From positions 1 through 33,535 of the forward strand of contig JBBDRO010000055.1 in the NCBI GenBank assembly GCA_040905425.1: DNA of 33,535 nt, given 5' to 3'. How positions within the stretch are numbered: the stretch's first letter is position 1; the number at the start of each line of letters is the position of its first letter. Of this stretch, positions 19,490 to 27,274 are shown piece by piece. The translations under genes and the position numbers were made by a program. This DNA is from Gemmatimonadota bacterium (GTDB lineage: Bacteria; Gemmatimonadota; Gemmatimonadetes; Longimicrobiales; RSA9). Below the pieces are notes generated by a model, which saw only the letters and a list, made by a program, of their open reading frames with translations, made no database searches and was not told the origin of the DNA.

Positions 19490-20104
19490 ATGTACCTGAA
19501 CCGAGCCGTACCCGTCGCCGTGCTTGGCGCCCTCGTGCTGGCCCTGCCGGCCTGCAGCAAGCGCGTCACTCGCATCGAGCCCACGGCGGTCACCGACCTG
19601 TCGGGCCGGTGGAACGACACCGATTCCCGCCTGGTGGCCACCGAACTCATCACCCAGAGCCTGGCCGGCGCCTGGCTGGAGCAGTACGCCGCCGCCCATG
19701 CGGGCGGCGCGCCGCCGGTCATCGTGGGTGACTTCCGCAACACCACCATGGAGCACATCCCGGTGGGCACGTTCCTGCGTGACCTGGAGCGCGCCTACGT
19801 GAACTCCGGGGCCGTGCGCGTGGTGGCCAGCCCCGAGGAGCGCGGCCAGGTGCGTGACGAGCGGCGCGATCAGCAGGACCACGCCCGCACCGACACGCGC
19901 GCCCGCATGGCCCAGGAGCTGGGTGCCCGCTACATGCTGCAGGGGGACGTGCAGGCCATCGAGGACGCGGAGGGGCGGGAGCGCGTGGTCTACTATCAGG
20001 TGGACGCCACGCTCATCGACCTGGAGTCCAACGAAAAGGTCTGGGTGGGGCAGAAGCAGATCAAGAAGTACATCGAGCGGGCGCGGGTGAAGTGGGAGGA
20101 GTAG
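19490..20104 (+). CDS. LpoB-like lipoprotein (penicillin-binding protein activator family)
   Basis: GGAGGAG RBS, lipobox LPAC, DLSGRWNDTDSRLVA, RNTTMEHI, ELGARYMLQG, YYQVDATLIDLESNEKVW...IKK. Confidence 0.8.
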   Translation: MYLNRAVPVAVLGALVLALPACSKRVTRIEPTAVTDLSGRWNDTDSRLVATELITQSLAGAWLEQYAAAHAGGAPPVIVGDFRNTTMEHIPVGTFLRDLERAYVNSGAVRVVASPEERGQVRDERRDQQDHARTDTRARMAQELGARYMLQGDVQAIEDAEGRERVVYYQVDATLIDLESNEKVWVGQKQIKKYIERARVKWEE

Positions 20105-20137
20105 TCTCCCCCGCACCACGAGTCGGCTGAATACCAC

Positions 20138-20168
20138 GAACGCCCCGGTCCGCAGGATCGGGGCGTTC
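20138..20168. terminator. Hairpin between convergent genes, probably a bidirectional terminator
   Basis: GAACGCCCCGGTCC-gca-GGATCGGGGCGTTC, a 14-bp stem with one G-U on the plus strand. Confidence 0.65.
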
Positions 20169-20195
20169 TGATTGTGGGTTGGGGCCGCTGGCGGT

Positions 20196-20819
20196 TCAGG
20201 CGCCCCCGTCCGCGTCCAGCGCCGACGGCGGCAGGCGGTCACCGAGGCGGGCGTCATCCCCGCCGCTGGCCGCCGCTTCCGCGTCCTCCACGTCCGCCGC
20301 TGCACCGGCGGTCACGATCTCCTCGTTGGCCACCTCCCAGACGGCCTGGATGGCGTCCTGATTGAGCACGATGTCCCCCAGCGTGACATTCACCTTCTTG
20401 GGCGGGCGGCCGCTCTGCAGCAAGCGCGCGTCGTGGATGGGAATGAAGTGCCCGGCGGACTCCAGGTAGTCGGAGAGCCGCTGGCGCTCGCCCATGTTCA
20501 GGCCGGCCTGGATCAGCAGGCCGCCGTCCAGCTGCATCTCCACCATGCGCGGCTGCTGGGGCTGCGACGTGTTCACCAGGGGAATGTCACCGTCCGGCGA
20601 GGCCACCCAGAGCACCTGCTCCACCTTGAGCACGGCGTGCTCGACTTCGGTTCCCGTGCTGGCCCACCTGGCCCCGCGCACGTTCACGTACGCCTTCCGG
20701 TTGGCCAGGTAGCTGCGCAGCGACTGGCCCTCGGCCAGGTTGATCTGCGCCTCCAGCATGCGGAAATCGCGCAGGAACAGTCGTAGCTTCCTCATCGGCG
20801 ACTTCGCCGGATCATTCAT
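20196..20819 (-). CDS. Hypothetical protein with two tandem homologous domains (DUF6812-like from recall)
   Basis: GAGAGG RBS before ATG 20819. Internal repeat 'INLAEGQSLRSYLANRKAYVNVRGAR' vs 'LNMGERQRLSDYLESAGHFIPIHDAR'. Confidence 0.7.
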   Translation of the reverse strand: MNDPAKSPMRKLRLFLRDFRMLEAQINLAEGQSLRSYLANRKAYVNVRGARWASTGTEVEHAVLKVEQVLWVASPDGDIPLVNTSQPQQPRMVEMQLDGGLLIQAGLNMGERQRLSDYLESAGHFIPIHDARLLQSGRPPKKVNVTLGDIVLNQDAIQAVWEVANEEIVTAGAAADVEDAEAAASGGDDARLGDRLPPSALDADGGA

Positions 20820-20894
20820 CCGGTACCTCTCGACAGGGTGCTGCGAAATCCGTCCCGCATCATGGCGGTCGGCTCGGGAGAGAACGTCCCGGAT

Positions 20895-20923
20895 AGAATG
20901 CCGCACGGCGGGCGCCACGGCAA
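20895..20923 (-). promoter_or_regulatory. Putative sigma70-type promoter TTGCCG-N17-CATTCT
   Basis: Minus strand, ~75 bp upstream of ATG 20819, with the same -35 hexamer as the yebC promoter candidate. Confidence 0.4.
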
Positions 20924-20956
20924 GGTCCACCTGCCGGCGCGGCCGGGCGCACGCAG

Positions 20957-20982
20957 GAACTTCCCGGGCCGTGCCGCGGTAC
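20957..20982 (+). promoter_or_regulatory. Putative ECF sigma promoter GAACTT-N16-GTAC
   Basis: ~65 bp upstream of ATG 21047, with identical boxes and spacing to 19434-19459. Confidence 0.5.
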
Positions 20983-21046
20983 CGAATGCGGCGAGGGGCC
21001 GATTCCCGGGGGCCCGGTTCGCGTTCCTATCGGCACGAGGTGAGTC

Positions 21047-21850
21047 ATGATCCGGCGCTACAGTATCCTGGCACTGGCGGGCCTGGCGGCCTGCACCACG
21101 GGGCGCGTACAGGAGCAGCCCGTCCTGGAGCCCGGTGACCGGGTGGCCACGGCCGACGCCGCGGTGGAGGCGGCGCGCGGGCGCGCCACCATGACGCGTA
21201 TCGAGGCCGAGGGGCGGCGTGACGCGCTGGCCGCCGAGGCCCTCACCTCCTGCGCCCCCGAGGTCTGCGCCGCCATCGCGCGCGGTGAGGTCATGCTGGG
21301 CATGAGCGAGGCACAGGTGCTGGCCGCCACCGGCACCACCGAGGGCGCCTGGCGGGTTCGGGACGCGGGCGCGGCCACCATCATGCTGCCTGCCGCGCGG
21401 GGTGTTTCGGTGCGCGACGCCACCGGAGAACTGGCCATGCTCCAGCTGCACAACGGGCTGGTGTCCACCTTCAGCTACCGTGAGCCGCAGGGCGTGCGCG
21501 TGGTGAGCCGACCGCAGGACGCCACCGCGGTGGGCCGTGCCGACGCCATGGCCGAGCAGCTCACCCGGCAGGCCGACGACTACGTGGCGCGCGGCGAGCT
21601 GGGCGAGGCGCTCGACCGCTACGACCGCGCATCCATCCTGCGCCCCGACGACGCGCTGCTGGACTACCGCATCGCCAGCATCCTGGACCGCCAGCTGCGG
21701 CCGGTGGAGGCGCTCATCCGCTACCAGCTCTTCCTGCACAAGCTGGAGCTGGAGAAGATCGAGGCCAGGGGGCAGGCCTGGGGGTACATGGCCGAAGCCA
21801 TTGCCCATGCCCGTGAGCGCGTCATCGTCCTCGAGAAGCGGGCGCCCTGA
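21047..21850 (+). CDS. Lipoprotein with C-terminal TPR-like helices
   Basis: GAGGTG RBS, lipobox LAAC, 'LGMSEAQV...G' (SmpA/BamE-like pattern), TPR-like 'ADDYVARGELGEALDRYDRASILRPDD'. Confidence 0.75.
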   Translation: MIRRYSILALAGLAACTTGRVQEQPVLEPGDRVATADAAVEAARGRATMTRIEAEGRRDALAAEALTSCAPEVCAAIARGEVMLGMSEAQVLAATGTTEGAWRVRDAGAATIMLPAARGVSVRDATGELAMLQLHNGLVSTFSYREPQGVRVVSRPQDATAVGRADAMAEQLTRQADDYVARGELGEALDRYDRASILRPDDALLDYRIASILDRQLRPVEALIRYQLFLHKLELEKIEARGQAWGYMAEAIAHARERVIVLEKRAP

Positions 21851-21854
21851 GGCC

Positions 21855-23402
21855 ATGAAGTGCGGGCGCCTGGCCCACCTTGCCCTCGTCCTGGCGCTCG
21901 CCGGACCGGGGGCGGGGTGCGCCCGCCTCTTCGGCGGTCACGACCTGGCGCCGAACGGCCTCAGCCGCCAGGAGGAGGACGCCCGCCGCATGCTCGCCCG
22001 GGGCAGAGCCGACTCCCTGCACGCGGTCCTGAGCAGCGGACGCTACGAACCGCACGGCGATGCGCTCCTCACGGACCTCTACCGTGCCCTGGCCGCCTAC
22101 CATGGCGGCCGGCCGGCCGAGAGCGCCGCGCTGCTGGACAGCGCCGCCTTCCAGGTGGAGGAGCGCCGGACCCGGAGCGTGAGCCGGGCCGCCGGCTCCC
22201 TGCTCTCCAGCGACCGCACCCTCGAATGGATCCCGGGCCCCGCCGAGCGCCTGCTCGTGCCCTACTACGCCGCACGTGCGCGCCTGGCGCAGAATGACCT
22301 CGTAGGGGCGGCTGTGGAGGCACGGCGGCTGAGCGCGCTGCTGGAAGCCGAAGATGACCCGCCGATGGGCGGCGTGCCGCTACGGGCAGCGCTCCGTTAC
22401 TTCGCCGGCGCGGTGTTCCAGGCGGCCGGCCAGTGGAATGACGCGGCGGTGGCGTACCGGAACGCCGCGGCGCTCGGTGGCGGCCTACTGCCGGCCGCTG
22501 ATGCGCTGCTGCCTGCGGAGGGCGTCGGGGAGGTGGTGGTGATCCTGGAGCGCGGCTTCGTGGCGCACAGGGTGCAGGAATCCTTTACGGTGCTTCTGGG
22601 TGGGGACGAGCTGCGCACCCTGGGCAGCGGCGACGCCGGTGATCGGCTGGCGGCGGCGACCCTCGTGGCGGGCCGGGTGCTGGCGGGCGAACTGGACGGT
22701 CCCCGGCGGGGTCGACAGGGCCGCCCGGACCGTCCGGGCCGCGCGGTCGGCCGCCACGACCCGGCGCCCGACCCCTGCGCACCGGGCAGCGCCACCGGCG
22801 TAATCCGTACCGCAGCCACCGGGGACACCTCCCGCGTGATCATCCCGCCGGGCGCCACGGCCTGCGCCCGTGACGAGGGCAACGCCAAGGCCGCCGCCAC
22901 GGAGGACGACGACGAGGGCAGCGACACCCCCTACCTGCTGCGCGTGGCCTGGCCGACCTTCGCCGCCGTGCGCGGCGTAGGCGGCGGCGCCATGGTGCAT
23001 GTTGACAGCGCCTCGCACGCGCCGGTGACCCGCGCGGCGGACGTCTCGGCCGCCGTGATCGCGGATTTCGAACGCGACCGCGTGGCGCTCGTGGCCCGCA
23101 CCCTGGCGCGCGCCGCCGCCAAGGCCGCGGTGAGTCGCGGCCTCGAGAAGGAGGTGGCGGAAAAGGACGAGACGGCCGGCGCCCTCCTCGGTATTCTGGC
23201 CAACGTGGGCACCGCCCTGCTCGAGCACGCCGACACCCGGGGCTGGAACCTGCTGCCCACCGAGATCGGCTTCGCGCGCCTGCGGCTGCCCGCGGGTACG
23301 CACGAGCTGCGCGTCACCGTGGATGGCGGGCAGATTCTCGAGTTGGGGCCGGTGGAGGTCCGGGAGGGCGGTCTCGTGATCGTAGGCACCCGCGCCTGGT
23401 AA
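21855..23402 (+). CDS. COG3014-like lipoprotein (TPR N-terminus, beta-rich C-terminus)
   Basis: Signal peptide with Cys (GAGC), 'AAVEARRL', 'DAAVAYR', 'VVILERGFVAH', 'EHADTRGWNLLP....ARLRLPAGTH'. Starts 4 bp after the upstream stop. Confidence 0.7.
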   Translation: MKCGRLAHLALVLALAGPGAGCARLFGGHDLAPNGLSRQEEDARRMLARGRADSLHAVLSSGRYEPHGDALLTDLYRALAAYHGGRPAESAALLDSAAFQVEERRTRSVSRAAGSLLSSDRTLEWIPGPAERLLVPYYAARARLAQNDLVGAAVEARRLSALLEAEDDPPMGGVPLRAALRYFAGAVFQAAGQWNDAAVAYRNAAALGGGLLPAADALLPAEGVGEVVVILERGFVAHRVQESFTVLLGGDELRTLGSGDAGDRLAAATLVAGRVLAGELDGPRRGRQGRPDRPGRAVGRHDPAPDPCAPGSATGVIRTAATGDTSRVIIPPGATACARDEGNAKAAATEDDDEGSDTPYLLRVAWPTFAAVRGVGGGAMVHVDSASHAPVTRAADVSAAVIADFERDRVALVARTLARAAAKAAVSRGLEKEVAEKDETAGALLGILANVGTALLEHADTRGWNLLPTEIGFARLRLPAGTHELRVTVDGGQILELGPVEVREGGLVIVGTRAW

Positions 23403-23417
23403 CCGCGCAGGAGGGGC

Positions 23418-24014
23418 CTACTTCTTGGGCCCGATGCGGGCCAGCGCCGCCTTGATGAGATCCACGCCCACCGGTGCCTGCCCACCCTCCATGGCCTTGC
23501 GCACAGCCACGTTGGCATCGACCTGCGAATAGCCGAGCGCCATGAGGGCCTGCACCGCATCCTCCACGCCCTGGGCCTGGGGGGCGCCGATGTGCGTGAC
23601 GCCCGCCAGGTCGTCCAGGCGGTCGGCCAGCTGCACGGCCAGCTGCTCCGCCTTCTTCTTGCCCAGCCCCGAAACGCGCGTCAGCGCCACGTAGTCCCGC
23701 TCCACGATGGCGTTCACGAGCCGCTCCGGGCGGAGGGTGGAGAGCATGTTCAGCGCCAGACGGGGGCCCACGCCGTTGGCCGTGAGCAGGCGGGCAAAGA
23801 CACTCCGCCCCATCTCATCCAGGAAGCCGTAGAGCGTGGCCTCGTCCTCGCGCACCACGTAGTGCGTCAGGAACTCCACCTCCTGCCCCTCGGCGGGCAA
23901 CCGCTCGAAGACGTCCAGCGGGATGTCCAGTTCGTAAGCGACGCCGCCCGCCGTCATCACCTCCGCTGCGTCCGTATCCCGGCGCAGCAGCGTCCCCCGG
24001 ATGCGGCTGATCAC
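23418..24014 (-). CDS. ruvA: Holliday junction branch migration protein RuvA
   Basis: ISRIRGTL, GGVAYEL, VVREDEATLYGF, NGVGPRLAL, SGLGKKKAE, ALMALGY. GTG start overlaps the ruvC stop. Confidence 0.96.
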   Translation of the reverse strand: MISRIRGTLLRRDTDAAEVMTAGGVAYELDIPLDVFERLPAEGQEVEFLTHYVVREDEATLYGFLDEMGRSVFARLLTANGVGPRLALNMLSTLRPERLVNAIVERDYVALTRVSGLGKKKAEQLAVQLADRLDDLAGVTHIGAPQAQGVEDAVQALMALGYSQVDANVAVRKAMEGGQAPVGVDLIKAALARIGPKK

Positions 24015-24519
24015 CGGGCACCCCCGGAGCGCATGGCGGCCGCCGTGGGCACGGCCGCAGCCGTGCAGTGGCAGAGCGCCACGGCCACGCCGTCGGCCGC
24101 GTCCGCGGGCCGGGGTGGCTCCTTCAGGCGCAGCAGTTGTTGCACCATGAACTGCACCTGCTCCTTGGTGGCGCGGCCCGTGCCCACCACGGCGCTCTTC
24201 ACCTCGGCCGGCGAGTACTCCGCCACCGGCAGGTCGCGCAGCGAGGCGGCCAGCAGGGCAGCGGCGCGCCCGTGGCCCAGGATGATGGCCGTGCGCACGT
24301 TCTTGCCGAAGAAAACGCCCTCCACCGCCATCACGTCCACCGCGTGGCGGCTCATGACTTCTGCCAGGCCGTCGTGGATCTCGCGCAGGCGCCGGGGTAG
24401 CGGGGAGGCTGCCTCGGTGCGCACCACACCGCACTCCAGCAACGTGACGGCGCCGCTGTCACGGCGATCCACCACGCCGTAGCCGGTCACCGCCGTGCCG
24501 GGGTCCACCCCCAGGATGA

Positions 24520-24523
<4 letters not shown>
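24011..24523 (-). CDS. ruvC: Crossover junction endodeoxyribonuclease RuvC
   Basis: ILGVDPG...GYGV, AVEGVFF, EYSPAEVK.AVVG.GRA.KEQV, DAADGVAVA. Confidence 0.97.
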
Positions 24524-25266
<743 letters not shown>

Positions 25267-25388
25267 GGGCCACTCCTGGCTACGAGATGATGTACTGCCG
25301 TCCGCCGGCCGCCGGCTCCGACCGGACGCCGGGCGTCCGGCGAAAAGCGTTGCGATAGCGGCATTTATGCAGATCTGATCAACCCCTT

Positions 25389-25417
25389 AATATAGTGCTG
25401 GGAGCGCGCCGCGGCAA
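25389..25417 (-). promoter_or_regulatory. Putative sigma70 promoter of yebC-ruvC-ruvA (TTGCCG-N17-TATATT)
   Basis: Minus strand: -35 at 25417-25412 and -10 at 25394-25389, in an AT-rich patch ~120 bp upstream of yebC. Confidence 0.6.
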
Positions 25418-25578
25418 TCGGCTGGAGCCGGGATATGGCCACTACCTGAGGGGTGATGCGGCTAAAATGTTGAGACGGAGGTGAGGAGGCGGAACGCAGG
25501 CCGCCACTGAACGGGCGGAGGAGAGGGCGCAGGCGTGCGTGGCACTCGGTGATTTCGCACAGTCCGCCGCGTGGTTGA

Positions 25579-25606
25579 GCCAAAATATTCTATAGAATAT
25601 TTTGGC
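25579..25606. promoter_or_regulatory. Perfect 28-bp AT-rich palindrome GCCAAAATATTCTA|TAGAATATTTTGGC, operator-like
   Basis: Exact inverted symmetry read from the sequence. It overlaps a plus-strand TTGAGC-N17-TATTTT (25575-25603). Function is inferred. Confidence 0.6.
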
Positions 25607-25634
25607 GGCAGGACGGGCCGGACCTTGGTTCGGC

Positions 25635-25682
25635 GCCGAGCATTCCAGCACCTACCGTGCCGAGCATTCCCGCACCTACCTT
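25635..25682. repeat. Tandem 24-bp repeat, two copies (GCCGAGCATTCCaGCACCTACCgT / GCCGAGCATTCCcGCACCTACCtT)
   Basis: 22/24 identity, read directly from the sequence. Confidence 0.85.
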
Positions 25683-25843
25683 CCCGCGCGCAGCTCGGCG
25701 AACGGAACCACCCCCTTGGCCGACCCGAACTTCCTCGTCCTTCTTGACCGTGAGGAATGCGGCATTCCTCGCTGGAACCGCTCGATCGCCGGAGCCGCGC
25801 AAGGGCAAGGGTTCGATGGCGCGCGCCTCCGCGGCTGCGCGCC

Positions 25844-27268
25844 TCAGCGACGCTCGAAGCCGATATCAGTCACCCGGCCGGCGGCCACCCGGAAGCCCGT
25901 TACGGCACCGGCCGCGTTCCGCTCGAAGGTGAGCACATAGGAACCGGCCACGAACCGATCCGTCTCCCGGGGACGCAGGCGCGCGGTAATCCCGAGCGGC
26001 CGCTGCAGCACCAGCTCCGCGCCCTCCCGCACCAGCGTCCAGGTGGCGTCCAGTTCGCGGCTCCCATAGGTGCCGACATAGTCGTCGGGGTCGAAGGCCG
26101 GGGGTGGTGGGGCCGCGGCACTGCCGCTACCCGCCGCGCCCCCACGGGCCGCGGGCCGCGCCACGGGTGCCATGCGCTCGCCCAGGTAGACCTGCGCCAC
26201 CTGCCGGGCCAGGCTGCCGGGGTTGATCTCCCCCAGGTTGCAGAGCAGCAGGACGCTCAGGCGCTCCTCCGGGAAGCGCAGCAGGTGCGCCTTGAAGCCC
26301 ATCATCGAGCCGCTGTGCTCCACGATGGGCAGGTCGCGGTAGCTACCCAGGTTCAGGCCCCAGGCATAGCCCAGGGTGTCCCCGCCCGTCAGCACGCCCG
26401 GCGTGTGGACGCGCGCCAGCCAGCCGGCACCGCCCACGGCGGGCTGGTAGAACTGCGCGTCCCAGCGGGCCAGGTCGGGGATGGTGGTGTAGAGGCCGCC
26501 GGCCCCCACCTTGTCGAAGTTGGCCAGGTAGGAGATGCGGAAGCCGTCCCCGGCACGCTGGTAGCTCATCACGCGATTGGGCAGCACATGGCCCGGATCG
26601 TCGTGAAAGTGCGTGTCCGCCATGCCGAGCGGGGCCAGGATGCGCTCGGTGGTGAACTCCCGGAGCGAGCTGCCGGTCACCCGCCTCACCAATTGCGCAA
26701 GCAGGAAGTAGCCGCTGTTGCTGTAGAGGTAGTCACTTCCGGGCGGGAAGTTCAGCCCCTCCTGGCGCGCGATGAGCGCCAGCGCGTCGGCGTCCGGGAA
26801 GACGTCCTCCAGACGGATCCCGGCCAGCGCCATGAGCGTGTAGATGTCCCGGAGGCCGCTGGTGTGGTGCACCAGGTGGCGGACGGTGATGGGGCGCTGG
26901 TAGACCGGCAGTTCCGGAAACCACATGCGGATGTCCGCGTCCGGGTCCAGCGCGCCCTCCTCGGCCAGCAGGGCAATGGCCCCCGCGGTGAACTGCTTGG
27001 ACACCGAGCCGGCGTAGTAGACCATCTCCGGACCGTTGGGGATGGCGTAGTCCAGGTTGGCCATGCCGTAGCCGGCCGTGTAGACCAGCTCTCCCGCCCG
27101 GGACACGCCCAGCGCGCAGCCGGGCGAGTCCACGCGGTCCCACGCGGCGAAGATGGTGTCCACGGCGGGATCGGCCTGGGCAGCCGCCGGCGCAGTGGCG
27201 GCGGCCAGCGCCAGCGTGGCGAGCAGGGCCGCGCGGGCGGAGGAGCGGAAGAAGATGGAGGCACGCAT
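25844..27268 (-). CDS. Secreted serine hydrolase, beta-lactamase class C/AmpC-like family, with C-terminal extension
   Basis: Signal peptide (AAA-Q), SxxK (GSVSKQF), HTSGL, YSN, HSG, followed by an Ala/Pro linker and a 'YVGTY' C-terminal domain. Confidence 0.9.
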   Translation of the reverse strand: MRASIFFRSSARAALLATLALAAATAPAAAQADPAVDTIFAAWDRVDSPGCALGVSRAGELVYTAGYGMANLDYAIPNGPEMVYYAGSVSKQFTAGAIALLAEEGALDPDADIRMWFPELPVYQRPITVRHLVHHTSGLRDIYTLMALAGIRLEDVFPDADALALIARQEGLNFPPGSDYLYSNSGYFLLAQLVRRVTGSSLREFTTERILAPLGMADTHFHDDPGHVLPNRVMSYQRAGDGFRISYLANFDKVGAGGLYTTIPDLARWDAQFYQPAVGGAGWLARVHTPGVLTGGDTLGYAWGLNLGSYRDLPIVEHSGSMMGFKAHLLRFPEERLSVLLLCNLGEINPGSLARQVAQVYLGERMAPVARPAARGGAAGSGSAAAPPPPAFDPDDYVGTYGSRELDATWTLVREGAELVLQRPLGITARLRPRETDRFVAGSYVLTFERNAAGAVTGFRVAAGRVTDIGFERR

Positions 27269-27274
27269 CGTCGC

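Noticed and set aside
19305..23417. Mobile element or genomic island between ruvA and ruvB
   Set aside because: No integrase or transposase, no obvious compositional shift, and only a weak CGCAGG..GGCC similarity at the ends, which is not a convincing att site or target duplication.
25579..25606. 28-bp palindrome as a dif site, or the AT-rich gap as oriC
   Set aside because: No XerD-arm consensus (TTATGTTAAAT), dif arms are not perfectly symmetric, and I found no DnaA boxes (TTATCCACA) or dnaA nearby.
25727..25754. Third GAACTT as another ECF promoter
   Set aside because: It is not followed by GTAC at 16 nt (the sequence reads CGTG).
25602..25940. 112-aa plus-strand ORF across the repeat region, and the small minus ORFs at 25365-25808
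   Set aside because: TTG start inside the palindrome, no RBS, overlap with the 3' end of the serine hydrolase and no motifs. Not fully excluded without Ribo-seq.
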